A DNA stretch of 30,554 nt from a virus (IMGVR_UViG_3300036987_000359:1-30554), one strand, 5' to 3'. Numbered from the stretch's first letter, positions 16,394 to 24,960 are shown. Numbers and translations are program-made. The notes: generated by a model from the sequence alone, not told the origin.

Positions 16394-18946
16394 TCACATC
16401 CCAATCCCCCGAAACCCGCTGCTCGCCCCCGGAATCTGGCTCACACTCAACACCGTCCCGTCCGGCATCGTCACATCCCCCGTCGCCACAATCCCTTGCT
16501 CCTCGATCTCCCGCCGGCTAACCGGAACCACATCGCACCGGCACTGGTGATCCCATGGGGGAGTGTGGTTATACCAGAACGGGTCATCCGCCGGCAGCAC
16601 CAGCCCGTGCAACGCCGCGTGCTCCGGCCGCGTCCTGTCGTCCTGGATCGCCATATACTGCCACATCGGAAACGCCTCTCGCACCTCCGGATCCTTCAGC
16701 GCCACCGTCCGCCCCGCCCCGTAAGCCCGCATCACCTCACTCCGGAACAGGTTCTCGATCTCATACGGCTTCATCGCATCCAGCCCCAGCTCCGCCAGCA
16801 GCCCGGGGAAATCCCCCTGGAACTCCGCCAGCGTACGCCCTTCCCGGATATACCGCACCAGCTCGTCCTGGACCCGCTTCACCTGCTCCCTGGTCAACGC
16901 CCCCGCCATCGTGAACGCCCGGTTCCGCGCCTCCTGGGCAACCAGCTCCAGCTCAGCCTCAGTCCAAGGCGTCAGATCCTCAAACCACGACACCGCCTCA
17001 TCCGGCGAAACCGGATCCCAGTCCGTAACCACCCGCTCCGCAAACCCCTCAACCAGGTCAACCCTGCCCCCCCCGTCAATCCGGTCAACCCCGTCCGTCC
17101 CAGCCCCCGCCCGTGCCAGCCCGTGATCGTCCGTGTCGCCGGCGCCCTTCTTCCCCAGCTCCGCTTCCCCCGCCACCTGCGCACCCGCCACAAAATACGC
17201 CCCGCACTTCGCCGTCGCCAGCGCATTCAGCAGCTCCACCCGCCCGACCTCGTCGATCAGCAGGTCCTCCAGCCCCCTCAGCGCGTCCCCGAAACTCTCC
17301 GCCCCCTTCACCTTCTCCCGCATCCCCTCAACCAGCAGCTCCATCGCCACGGCCCCCAAGCCCACCAGCTTCCGCGCAACCCGGTCCAGCTCCCGCCGCC
17401 ACGCCCTCGCAGTCCGCCGCCGCCCCTCGCTAACCTCCCCAAACCGCCCCACCGCCCCACCGTCAATCCGGTCAATCCCGTCATTCCGGTCAAACCTGGG
17501 CGCGCAAGCCCGCCCCCGGCCGCCACCGCCCGCCAAAACCCTCTTCGTCCCCTTCGTCCTATACGTCCCATCCCCGCCATCCCCGCCATCGTTACCCCAT
17601 CCGCCGAGCCATCCACCAGGCCCGTTCCCCACAACCTCGTCATCCTCCCCATCCGGTTCCGGCCGCTTGTAGTGCTCGTAGAAATACCGCTTGCTCATCG
17701 GCACTCCCGCAGAGATCAGCCCCTGGTCAATCGCCAGGTCCGCCGCCAGGTCCACAGACTCGTAATCGATCACCCACAGCGGCGCCGGAACATCCGGCCC
17801 CATGTTCAGGTCCACGATCCAACGCACCAACTGCGAATTCACCACCCCCATCAACTCGCACGAATCCGCTTCCACGAACTCCTGCTTCACCCCCGCATGA
17901 ACGTCCGCCTGGGCATAGCTGCCCGTTCCCATCGTCCCCTGCCCGGTCGCCAGGCTCTGGCCAGTCAGCGCCTCGCTCATGCCACGGTCCGAGTACTCGC
18001 AGAAAGTCTCATACGAGTTCACGTTCCCCGCCCGCGTCGCCTCCAGCAGGCTCACCTCCACGTTCTCAGGGATCGTCACCGCGTATTCCGTCTGGATCCG
18101 CTTCAGCGCCCGCAACAGCTTATCGCGCAACTCCTTGTTCGCCCCGGGAGGATACTTCCCGATCGCCGTCGGCATCCCCCACTTCTCACCGAACACCATC
18201 CACCACTTCACGAACTGATGCTTGAAGAACCACCACCAGAAAAGCTCCGCCGCCTCGCTGCACCCATACGGGTTCTCGTTCACCGGAGCGTGGCTATAAA
18301 CCAGGAACTTCATCGGAGGGACTTCCGCCCAATCATCCTTCGTCGGCGAATACCTCAGCTCACCTTCCCCCGTGAAACCGAACCGGCCCTGCCTCCGCTG
18401 CTTCAAACTCGCCGGAACCCAACGCCCCCCACGCTCCGCCCAGATCACCTCGCTCACCGCGAAACCCACCGGCACCGCGTCCAGAAGCTCCCGCAGATCC
18501 CGCCGGAAATCGTCCAGCTCGCCCAGCGCCGTCCGAACCAGCTCCGCCGCCTTCTGCGCACGCGCCTCATCCGGATCCCCGGGATTCTCCACCACCCGCC
18601 ATTCCCGGCTCAAAACTCCGTTCTTCCGCGTCGTCACCAGGCTCTTGAACTTCAGATCCGTCCGCCGCATCGTCTCGTACAGCGAATAGCAATCCTCCAC
18701 GTTCCCGCCCTGCGGCCGCGTCCGCGAAGGAGCGATCACCGACAGGATCTCATCACGGTTCGCAACCACCCCCTGCGGAGACCCCAGCCAACCCAGCAGC
18801 CAGTCTCCACCCGCCCCCGCAACCTCATCCTCCAGCCCGCTTCTCTTCTGCAATCTGCGATCCGCACCCGCACCCCTGCCCGCGATGCCGTCTAAAAACG
18901 TCTTTACACGCCCCCCAAGCCCCTCAAGCCGCCATACCCGACTCAT
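16394..18946 (-). CDS. Portal (Mu gp29/DUF935-like) fused to head morphogenesis protein (Mu gpF-like)
   Basis: LLDAVPVGFAVSEVIW, NPYG, FGEKWGMPTAIGKY, LTGQSL in the N-terminal part; RAFTMAG, WQYMAIQDDRTRPEHAALHG...DDPFW...PPWDHQCRCDV in the C-terminal part. Confidence 0.92.
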   Translation of the reverse strand: MSRVWRLEGLGGRVKTFLDGIAGRGAGADRRLQKRSGLEDEVAGAGGDWLLGWLGSPQGVVANRDEILSVIAPSRTRPQGGNVEDCYSLYETMRRTDLKFKSLVTTRKNGVLSREWRVVENPGDPDEARAQKAAELVRTALGELDDFRRDLRELLDAVPVGFAVSEVIWAERGGRWVPASLKQRRQGRFGFTGEGELRYSPTKDDWAEVPPMKFLVYSHAPVNENPYGCSEAAELFWWWFFKHQFVKWWMVFGEKWGMPTAIGKYPPGANKELRDKLLRALKRIQTEYAVTIPENVEVSLLEATRAGNVNSYETFCEYSDRGMSEALTGQSLATGQGTMGTGSYAQADVHAGVKQEFVEADSCELMGVVNSQLVRWIVDLNMGPDVPAPLWVIDYESVDLAADLAIDQGLISAGVPMSKRYFYEHYKRPEPDGEDDEVVGNGPGGWLGGWGNDGGDGGDGTYRTKGTKRVLAGGGGRGRACAPRFDRNDGIDRIDGGAVGRFGEVSEGRRRTARAWRRELDRVARKLVGLGAVAMELLVEGMREKVKGAESFGDALRGLEDLLIDEVGRVELLNALATAKCGAYFVAGAQVAGEAELGKKGAGDTDDHGLARAGAGTDGVDRIDGGGRVDLVEGFAERVVTDWDPVSPDEAVSWFEDLTPWTEAELELVAQEARNRAFTMAGALTREQVKRVQDELVRYIREGRTLAEFQGDFPGLLAELGLDAMKPYEIENLFRSEVMRAYGAGRTVALKDPEVREAFPMWQYMAIQDDRTRPEHAALHGLVLPADDPFWYNHTPPWDHQCRCDVVPVSRREIEEQGIVATGDVTMPDGTVLSVSQIPGASSGFRGIGM
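17049..17570 (+). repeat. In-frame 9-mer arrays in the portal-gpF linker (17049-17100, 17461-17498, 17544-17570)
   Basis: Encode TDGVDRIDGGGRVDLVE, RFDRNDGIDRID and GTYRTKGTK. Confidence 0.85.
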
Positions 18947-20686
18947 CTATCGCCAACCTCCAACGGGCCCGCTCAGCCCAAAACTCGCCCGCATGCCCGA
19001 CCCCTCGCTATCAGGCACCCATTCCGCCGACACCGCAAACCGCTCCGCCGCGCACAACAGCGAATCGCAACCGTGATCGTCACCCTTCACGATCTTCCCG
19101 TTCTTGTCCCGACGCCAACGCCGCAACTGACGCCAAAGATTCCGCATCGCATCGGACGGAAACCGGTACTCGTACACCGCCCGCCCGGAGGCGTCCGCCC
19201 CGCGCTCGATCCAACCAGGGATCCCCAACTCGCCCCGCTCCACCATCCCGCGAATCCACCCTGCCCCCAGCTCCTTCTTGCTCGCGAACGCAACCTCGTG
19301 AATCGCGAAACCAGCAGACGCCACCTCGAGGTTCTCATACGGGTGGCTCGCATCCGCCCAAACCTCGTAAACCCCATACGCATCCCGCCACTCCTGCAAC
19401 ACCCCCAACACCGTTCCCACAGGCGCCAGGCGCAGATACTGGCAGTCCACCGCAACCACCCGCGTATTCTGCCGCTGCAACGCGATCAACACCGCCCACC
19501 CCTTCAAACCCCAGTCGATCGTCGCCACCGTCTCGTAACCGGCCAGGTAGCCCGCATCCCGGTCCAGGCAGCCGTCCAGCTTCGCCGCGTCACACACATT
19601 CCGCGCGCCGCCCCGACGCCGGCACATCATCTCCACCTCAAACGCCTCACGGCTCGGTGCCGCCTTGAACATCCGGAAAATCGTCTCCAGCCGCAGATGC
19701 CCCGCACGATGCAGCTTCGCCTTCCCCGTGCAATAGGCCGCCTCATCCGCCGGCCAATTCACCTCGCGCTTGAACGCCTCCCACCCCGCCACCGACTCCG
19801 CCGTAGCCACCGTCCCAATCCGGTCCCGCCTCCGTCCGCTCCCGTCCGCTCCCGCCCGTGTCCCGTCAATCCGGTCCCTCCCCGTCCGCGCCCCCTCTGC
19901 AATCTTCAATCTGCGATCTGCGATCCTCTTCCCCCCAAACAGCGCCCCCGCAAAAGCCCGACCCCCCGGACACACCGCGCAATCATGCCCGCAAACCTCG
20001 CACACATCCAGACAATCCCACTTCACCAGCTTCGCACCCAGCGCCTCCGACTGCTCCTCCAGCAGCGCGATCCCGCTCCCGTCGTCCCGGTGGGCCGTGC
20101 TCGTAATCAGCACCGTCCCCGGGTTCGCCGCCGCCATCGAGAACTGCGCCGCCGCCGCAACCTCGTCATCCATCTCGTCGCGCTCATCCAGCACCAGCAA
20201 GCCCCCGTGCGCCTGCCACCCCGTCCCCTCATGCGGATCTCCTGGATGCTCCCCACGCGCCGCCTTCTGGCTGCACGCCGCGATCTTGTACCAGTTCCCC
20301 TTCACGCCCACCGCCGCCGTCTTCAAAAAATCTTCCAGGCTCTCCGCCAGATCCGAATCCGCATTCAGCATCTGCCGGACATACTGGAAACCACGCTTCG
20401 CCTGGTCAAAACTCCCACCCAACTGAAACACATCATCCCCATGCACCAGGAACCGCGCCAGCGCCGCATCGCTCGCCGCCATCGTTTTCCCGCCCCCGCG
20501 CGGCCCGATCCCGATCACGATCCCATGGCGACGCCCCACGATCGCGTCAAAGAACTCCCACAGCTTCTCCGGGTACAACCGCCCCCGAGCCTGGAACAGC
20601 TCAATCTCACGCCCACGATACCGCGCCGGCACATCCCCGTCACACTCCGGATCCAGCAGCTCCTCGATCAGCGCCCCAGCCTTCAC
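18947..20686 (-). CDS. terL: Terminase large subunit
   Basis: Walker A GPRGGGKT, Walker B LLVLDERDE, coupling motif ITST, nuclease motifs IDWG, WADAS, DDHGCDSL; directly upstream of the portal. Confidence 0.9.
   Translation of the reverse strand: MKAGALIEELLDPECDGDVPARYRGREIELFQARGRLYPEKLWEFFDAIVGRRHGIVIGIGPRGGGKTMAASDAALARFLVHGDDVFQLGGSFDQAKRGFQYVRQMLNADSDLAESLEDFLKTAAVGVKGNWYKIAACSQKAARGEHPGDPHEGTGWQAHGGLLVLDERDEMDDEVAAAAQFSMAAANPGTVLITSTAHRDDGSGIALLEEQSEALGAKLVKWDCLDVCEVCGHDCAVCPGGRAFAGALFGGKRIADRRLKIAEGARTGRDRIDGTRAGADGSGRRRDRIGTVATAESVAGWEAFKREVNWPADEAAYCTGKAKLHRAGHLRLETIFRMFKAAPSREAFEVEMMCRRRGGARNVCDAAKLDGCLDRDAGYLAGYETVATIDWGLKGWAVLIALQRQNTRVVAVDCQYLRLAPVGTVLGVLQEWRDAYGVYEVWADASHPYENLEVASAGFAIHEVAFASKKELGAGWIRGMVERGELGIPGWIERGADASGRAVYEYRFPSDAMRNLWRQLRRWRRDKNGKIVKGDDHGCDSLLCAAERFAVSAEWVPDSEGSGMRASFGLSGPVGGWR
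19811..19926 (+). repeat. Composite repeat in frame inside terL
   Basis: GTCC runs, cccgtcaatccggtcc, cccgtccgcgccccc, then tctgcaatcttcaatctgcgatctgcgatcc. Confidence 0.9.
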
Positions 20687-21456
20687 GCCTTCTTCCTTCC
20701 ATTCGCATTAAGCCCCCGCCCGTCCGTCCCCGCCAGCGTCCGTCCCTTTCCGTCCGTCCCCGTCCGCCCCCGTCCCTGTCCGTCCCCCCCCGTCCTTTTC
20801 CGTCCCCCCCCGTCAATCCCGTCAATCCGGTCCCTGCCCGTCCGTGCCACCACCGCCCCTCCACGCCCCCCCTTCTGCGATCTGCTATCTGCAATCTGCG
20901 ATCCGTTGTTGCCGCCACGCCGCCTCTTCCACTCCCGCAAAACCGCCGCCCGACGCTTCCTCAGCACCGGGCCGATCACCGGATCCTCATCCAGCACCTC
21001 GAACAACTCCTTCAATTCCTCGTGCGTCGACACCGCCACCTGAGGCAGCAGCTTCAGCTTCGGGCTTTCCCCCGTCAGCATCATCAGGTCATCCAGCACA
21101 CCCCGGTATTGCTGAATCTCCGCCCAGTTCAAGCTCCCCAGCCGCAACCGCAACGTCTTCCGGATCTCCTGCAGTTCCAGAATCGCCTGCGCCTTCAACC
21201 CGCCAGTCTCCTGCCTGGCCTTCGCAAACAGCTTCAGATACTCCGCTCGTTCCGCTCTCCACCCGTGCCGCGCCACCAGCCGCTCGAGCAACTTCAGGCC
21301 CACCCCCGGCCACTCCGCCGCCAGCCGCTCCACGATCGCCCGCGCGCTCATCCCCTCACAGTAAAGCGCAAACGCCTCCGTCAGAAACTCCGGGTTCTCC
21401 CCAAGCCGGCACGCACCCCGCTTCGCCAGCTCCGACATCGCTTTCCCTCTCGGCAT
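20683..21456 (-). CDS. Probable terminase small subunit, with a repeat-derived C-terminal tail
   Basis: N-terminal HTH-like (AFALYCEGMSARAIVERL...W...R), overlaps the terL start; last ~75 aa encoded by repeats. Confidence 0.65.
   Translation of the reverse strand: MPRGKAMSELAKRGACRLGENPEFLTEAFALYCEGMSARAIVERLAAEWPGVGLKLLERLVARHGWRAERAEYLKLFAKARQETGGLKAQAILELQEIRKTLRLRLGSLNWAEIQQYRGVLDDLMMLTGESPKLKLLPQVAVSTHEELKELFEVLDEDPVIGPVLRKRRAAVLREWKRRRGGNNGSQIADSRSQKGGRGGAVVARTGRDRIDGIDGGGRKRTGGDGQGRGRTGTDGKGRTLAGTDGRGLNANGRKKA
20719..20910 (+). repeat. Composite repeat (GTCC runs, 9-mers, 7-mers)
   Basis: cccgtccgtccc..., ccgtcaatcccgtcaatccggtcc, tctgcgatctgctatctgcaatctgcgatccgttgtt. Confidence 0.9.
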
Positions 21457-21461
21457 AATCT

Positions 21462-22022
21462 CTACCCGTCCACCCCGCGTCGCCCCATCATCCCGTCAGT
21501 CCGGTCCGGTTCACCCGCCCCCGTCCGTCCCCGTCCACCCCCGTCCAACTCCGTCAATCCGGTCAACCCCGTCAATCCGGTCCGTCCGTGTCCGTCCATG
21601 CCCGTCCGTGTCTGTCCGTGCTCGTCTGCCCCCGTCCGCGCCCCCTTCTGAGATCTGCAATCTGCGATCTGCGATCCACCGCCCTGCCGGCACTCCAGGC
21701 ACCGCTCCAGCTCGCTCACCCGAGCCTTGCTCAGCTCCAACTGCCGACGTAACTCCATGTTCTCCAACTGCAACGCCACCACCCGGTCTTCCAGCCCACG
21801 CACCCGCTCAAACGCCCGCTGAAGATCCTGCCGGTTCCGCTCAATCTCACCCTTCAGCTCCGCCCGAAACGCCGACTCCTCAGCCGTCAGTTGCTCATGC
21901 ATCTCCGCCAGCGCCGTCTGGAAGTCCTTCCGGCTCCCGCGGAGATAATCGAACAACGCCTTACCGAACGCCCCAATCGCCGCCGCCGCTGCCATCAGCA
22001 CCCCCTCCTTCGTCTCAATCAT
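21462..22022 (-). CDS. Membrane-anchored coiled-coil protein (lysis/packaging boundary), with a repeat-derived tail
   Basis: N-terminal hydrophobic helix, long heptad region ending CLEC; last ~70 aa encoded by repeats. Confidence 0.7.
   Translation of the reverse strand: MIETKEGVLMAAAAAIGAFGKALFDYLRGSRKDFQTALAEMHEQLTAEESAFRAELKGEIERNRQDLQRAFERVRGLEDRVVALQLENMELRRQLELSKARVSELERCLECRQGGGSQIADCRSQKGARTGADEHGQTRTGMDGHGRTGLTGLTGLTELDGGGRGRTGAGEPDRTDGMMGRRGVDG
21492..21677 (+). repeat. Composite repeat (9-mers, GTCCGT runs, 7-mers)
   Basis: ccgtcaatccggtcaaccccgtcaatccggtccgtccgtgtccgtcc...cccgtccgcgccccc ttctgagatctgcaatctgcgatctgcgatcc. Confidence 0.92.
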
Positions 22023-22036
22023 CTCCGCCCTTTCTC

Positions 22037-23161
22037 TCAAACCGCCCACGCGGCCAAATGGTAGTTCGCTCCATGCACCCACCCGGATCCCCGCAAGATC
22101 GTTCCCTTCCGGGCCTTCACATCCTCCACGATCTGCCGCGGACGCCCCTTAGCCTCCAGCCGCGCAATCACCGCCTGCACGACCGCACGCATCCCCTCAT
22201 ACTCCCCCCGCCCCGCCCCCGCCCGCCCTCCAACGTCAATCCGGTCAATCCCGTCATTCCGGTCAAACCTGTCCGTGTCCGTCCGCGCCCACGCACCCAC
22301 CCTCAACGCATTCAACTCCGAGCCCCTCAGCCCGCCGTTCTGCACCGCCACATCAAACAACAGCGCCTTCGCCCGCACCCCCGGACGCTCAAACAGCATC
22401 CGCGCCTGGCTCTCAGCAAGTTTCCAATACCGGTCCCGAGCCGCCGCCAACTGCGCATCACGCATCACCGGCAAGATCCCCAACGAGGCCAGCATCTCCC
22501 GGATCGAGTTCCGCACGCTTCCGCCCACCAGCGCCCACCGCTCAAAGTCCCGGTCCGCCGCCCGCCGCCCGATCGCCGTCAGCATCCGTTCCCACTCGCC
22601 GTCACCGATCATGCATTTCAACTGGCTCTCGGCCACGCTTCCAACCAGCGAACCCAGCACCCTCGCCAGCAGCTCCTGCAGCTCCCCATTGCCGCTCGTA
22701 AATCCGATGATCCCATACGTCACCCCCGCCGAATCACCCGTCTGTGCCGGGCCCACCGCCGCCGTAAACCCTGTCCCCTCGAACGCCGCAGTCAGGTTCA
22801 GGCAACGCTCAAACTCATCCGGCCAGGCAAGGCCCAGTGCGTTAAACAGCTCCGGGCCAGCCCGGCCGCTAATCGTGCCGGATGCAAGCGCGCCCTCTGC
22901 CTTCAGATTATCCTGGTACGTGCTGACTGCGCGTGCCGTCGCCGGCCCGAAATCACCATCAACCACCAACGGCGCCCTCATGGCGCCGCCCAAAACCGAA
23001 TTCAATCCCCGCTGCAACCCCTCAACCACGAACCCCCGGGCACCAACCGAATACACCCCACCGTCAACCCCATCAACCCCACCAACACGGTCAACGCCAT
23101 CAACGTCGTCAATCCGGTCATTCCCGTCCCTGCTCATCCCTGCAAGTCCCTGCTCATTCAT
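22037..23161 (-). CDS. Endolysin: peptidoglycan-binding domain plus lysozyme-like catalytic domain
   Basis: GARGFVVEGLQRGL...VDGDFGPATARAVSTYQ (PG-binding-1 pattern); LTAAFEG...GDSAGVTYGIIGF; ALLFDVAVQNG; follows the holin-like gene; start uncertain. Confidence 0.82.
   Translation of the reverse strand: MNEQGLAGMSRDGNDRIDDVDGVDRVGGVDGVDGGVYSVGARGFVVEGLQRGLNSVLGGAMRAPLVVDGDFGPATARAVSTYQDNLKAEGALASGTISGRAGPELFNALGLAWPDEFERCLNLTAAFEGTGFTAAVGPAQTGDSAGVTYGIIGFTSGNGELQELLARVLGSLVGSVAESQLKCMIGDGEWERMLTAIGRRAADRDFERWALVGGSVRNSIREMLASLGILPVMRDAQLAAARDRYWKLAESQARMLFERPGVRAKALLFDVAVQNGGLRGSELNALRVGAWARTDTDRFDRNDGIDRIDVGGRAGAGRGEYEGMRAVVQAVIARLEAKGRPRQIVEDVKARKGTILRGSGWVHGANYHLAAWAV
22234..22290 (+). 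repeat. In-frame 9-mer array inside the endolysin
   Basis: 22234-22271 is identical (38 bp) to 17461-17498. Confidence 0.92.
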
Positions 23162-23400
23162 CAGTCCTGCCCCCAAAAAGTGCGTGGAGCGTCCGCCCCA
23201 CGCCAGCCACCCTGCCAAATCCCCCGATCAGAAATCCCTCGAAAGTCCCTGCATTTTCCCTGCATTTTCACTTGGCTCCCCGTCCCGGCACAGTTCCAGA
23301 TCGTGCCGGGCCCGGGGAGCCCCACCACGGATCGGCATCCTGGCATTCAACCAGTGGGTACCCATCCGATCGCTTGTCCCCCCGATCTTTGGCATCTCGT

Positions 23401-23467
23401 CCGTCAATCCGGTCAACCCCGTCAATCCGGTCCATCCCCCCAACTCAGAATTCAGAATTCGCGGCGC
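23401..23467 (+). repeat. Composite repeat: 9-mers plus TTCAGAA 7-mers
   Basis: ccgtcaatccggtcaaccccgtcaatccggtcc...ctcagaattcagaattcgcggcgc. Confidence 0.9.
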
Positions 23468-23478
23468 AACGCGCCGCG

Positions 23479-23715
23479 TCAGTTTGCCTCAAACCGCGCA
23501 GCCCGCTTCATCAGGCTCACCCGCTCACCCTCCAGCCGAAGCCTTTCCCGCTGGTACTTCACCTGCTGGTCCACGAACACCCAACCCAGCACCGTCCCCA
23601 CCAGCGTCTGCACCAGGTTCGCCCACGAAAACTCCGGCGTCGCCCACTTCGCCAAACCCTGTCCCAGGATCAGCAACACCACCGCCAGGTTCTGCATCGT
23701 CAAGTACTTGCTCAT
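23479..23715 (-). CDS. Holin-like protein (2 TM, 78 aa)
   Basis: Two hydrophobic helices, charged C-terminus, GAGGAG SD, upstream of the endolysin. Confidence 0.65.
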   Translation of the reverse strand: MSKYLTMQNLAVVLLILGQGLAKWATPEFSWANLVQTLVGTVLGWVFVDQQVKYQRERLRLEGERVSLMKRAARFEAN

Positions 23716-24038
23716 CGCCCGCTCCTCAACTCCCCCCGCCATTCGCCCCCGCCATTCGCCCCCAACCCAGAATTCAGAATTCTGAATTCAGAATTCGCGG
23801 CGCTAGCCGCGTTTACCGCTTTCCCCGCAAGGTGTCCCGCCATCACCCACGGATTCACCGCCGTCGCAACCGCCGCAACGCAATCCGCGCCCGCCCCAGG
23901 ATCACCCGCAACCCCCGGCAAAAACTCCAACCGGCCCGCCTGAATCGAACACCCACCCGGCAACACCGCCAAAAACGCCAAGAGGCAGCGGACCAATCTG
24001 GCCCGCCGCCTCTCTTGCCTCACCACGATCGTCGCCAT
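23712..24038 (-). CDS. Putative lipoprotein, first late gene
   Basis: Basic N-terminus, hydrophobic core, lipobox-like LPGG-C; stop overlaps the holin ATG; contains 7-mer-derived NSEFRILNS. Confidence 0.55.
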   Translation of the reverse strand: MATIVVRQERRRARLVRCLLAFLAVLPGGCSIQAGRLEFLPGVAGDPGAGADCVAAVATAVNPWVMAGHLAGKAVNAASAANSEFRILNSGLGANGGGEWRGELRSGR

Positions 24039-24294
24039 CGATCGCTTCGCCTGCCCTGTGGTTTAAGAATTTCCTACATCCCCGAACACTCCCGGAGAAA
24101 ACTCGCGAAGGCCGCTGCGATCAACTTTCGGTTCAGGGAGGCGGATTCATCCGGGGGGAGAATCCTCCGCCCCCCCTACCAAAAGCACGCTTTCGCGCGC
24201 CTTCCGCAAAAACCCCTATCCCACCCCCACCCCCCCGCGCAAATACACCCATTGACACCCATAGACACAACCCACCCCCCCGCCACCCCCCCAT

Positions 24295-24373
24295 CGTCAA
24301 CCCGGCCAATCCGGTCAACAAAGGCCCCCCGCCTCCCATCGTCAACCCGGTCAATCCGGTCAATCCGGTCAAT
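24295..24373 (+). repeat. Two 9-mer arrays in the divergent intergenic region
   Basis: cgtcaacccggccaatccggtcaac; cgtcaacccggtcaatccggtcaatccggtcaat. Confidence 0.9.
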
Positions 24374-24415
24374 CTCCACCCCAGCCCCGCACCAGCCCCG
24401 CCAAAAACCAAACTC

Positions 24416-24444
24416 TTGAATATGAGCAAGCACTTGCCTATATT
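24416..24444 (+). promoter_or_regulatory. Sigma70-type promoter with an overlapping palindromic operator
   Basis: TTGAAT-N17-TATATT; AATATGAGCAAG-CA-CTTGCCTATATT is a 10/12 inverted repeat. Confidence 0.72.
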
Positions 24445-24478
24445 ATTGTTCACCATCACCCCAAAAAGGAGCACCACA

Positions 24479-24730
24479 ATGCCAACCAGCTTCGACCGCC
24501 CTTACACGATCGCAGTCCCGCACCAGCGCCCCGCCACCATCTGGCCGGGAACCGGGCACGACGTCAGCGATCTCCACTCCAGCCACGTCGTCGAAACCGG
24601 CGCCGACGAAGCCGCCCTCCTCATCGCGCTTAGTCCAGACGGCACCATCATCCGCCACCAGGCCGCGCGCATCAAGGCCCTCATCATCGAACAACGGGAA
24701 CTCCGCGCAGATCCGAAGGCGGCCGAATGA
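24479..24730 (+). CDS. Hypothetical protein (83 aa)
   Basis: AAGGAG SD before ATG 24479; ATGA overlap with the next gene. Confidence 0.75.
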   Translation: MPTSFDRPYTIAVPHQRPATIWPGTGHDVSDLHSSHVVETGADEAALLIALSPDGTIIRHQAARIKALIIEQRELRADPKAAE

Positions 24731-24960
24731 CCCCCGCCGGCCGTCCCCGCTCACCGCGAAAAACCAGGTTCGCCAGGGCAATCATCGCCGCATGCGATCG
24801 CCACTCCATCACGCTCCGCGAACTCGCGCGCGCAACAAGCATCCCCGAACGCACCATGCAGCACTACCTTTCCGACGCCAGCGGAATCACCGCCCGCCGG
24901 ATCGCCGCCCTCGAACGCACACTCAAACTCGACCAGGGATCACTCGGGAGACTCGCATGA
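24727..24960 (+). CDS. XRE/Cro-type HTH protein
   Basis: ITLRELARATSIPERTMQHYL...IAALERTL. Confidence 0.82.
   Translation: MTPAGRPRSPRKTRFARAIIAACDRHSITLRELARATSIPERTMQHYLSDASGITARRIAALERTLKLDQGSLGRLA

Noticed and set aside
19811-19926. Intein or self-splicing intron in terL
   Set aside because: Insert is only ~40 codons of repeat sequence, with no intein terminal motifs or intron structure
24252-24257. Perfect TTGACA as a promoter
   Set aside because: No -10 element at 16-18 bp; the downstream sequence is a C run
1367-24419. Long plus-strand ORFs (e.g. 3843-5639, 6980-8632, 15884-18895, 19073-21043, 21608-23785)
   Set aside because: Pro/Arg/His-rich antisense shadows of the minus-strand phage genes, produced by high GC and C skew
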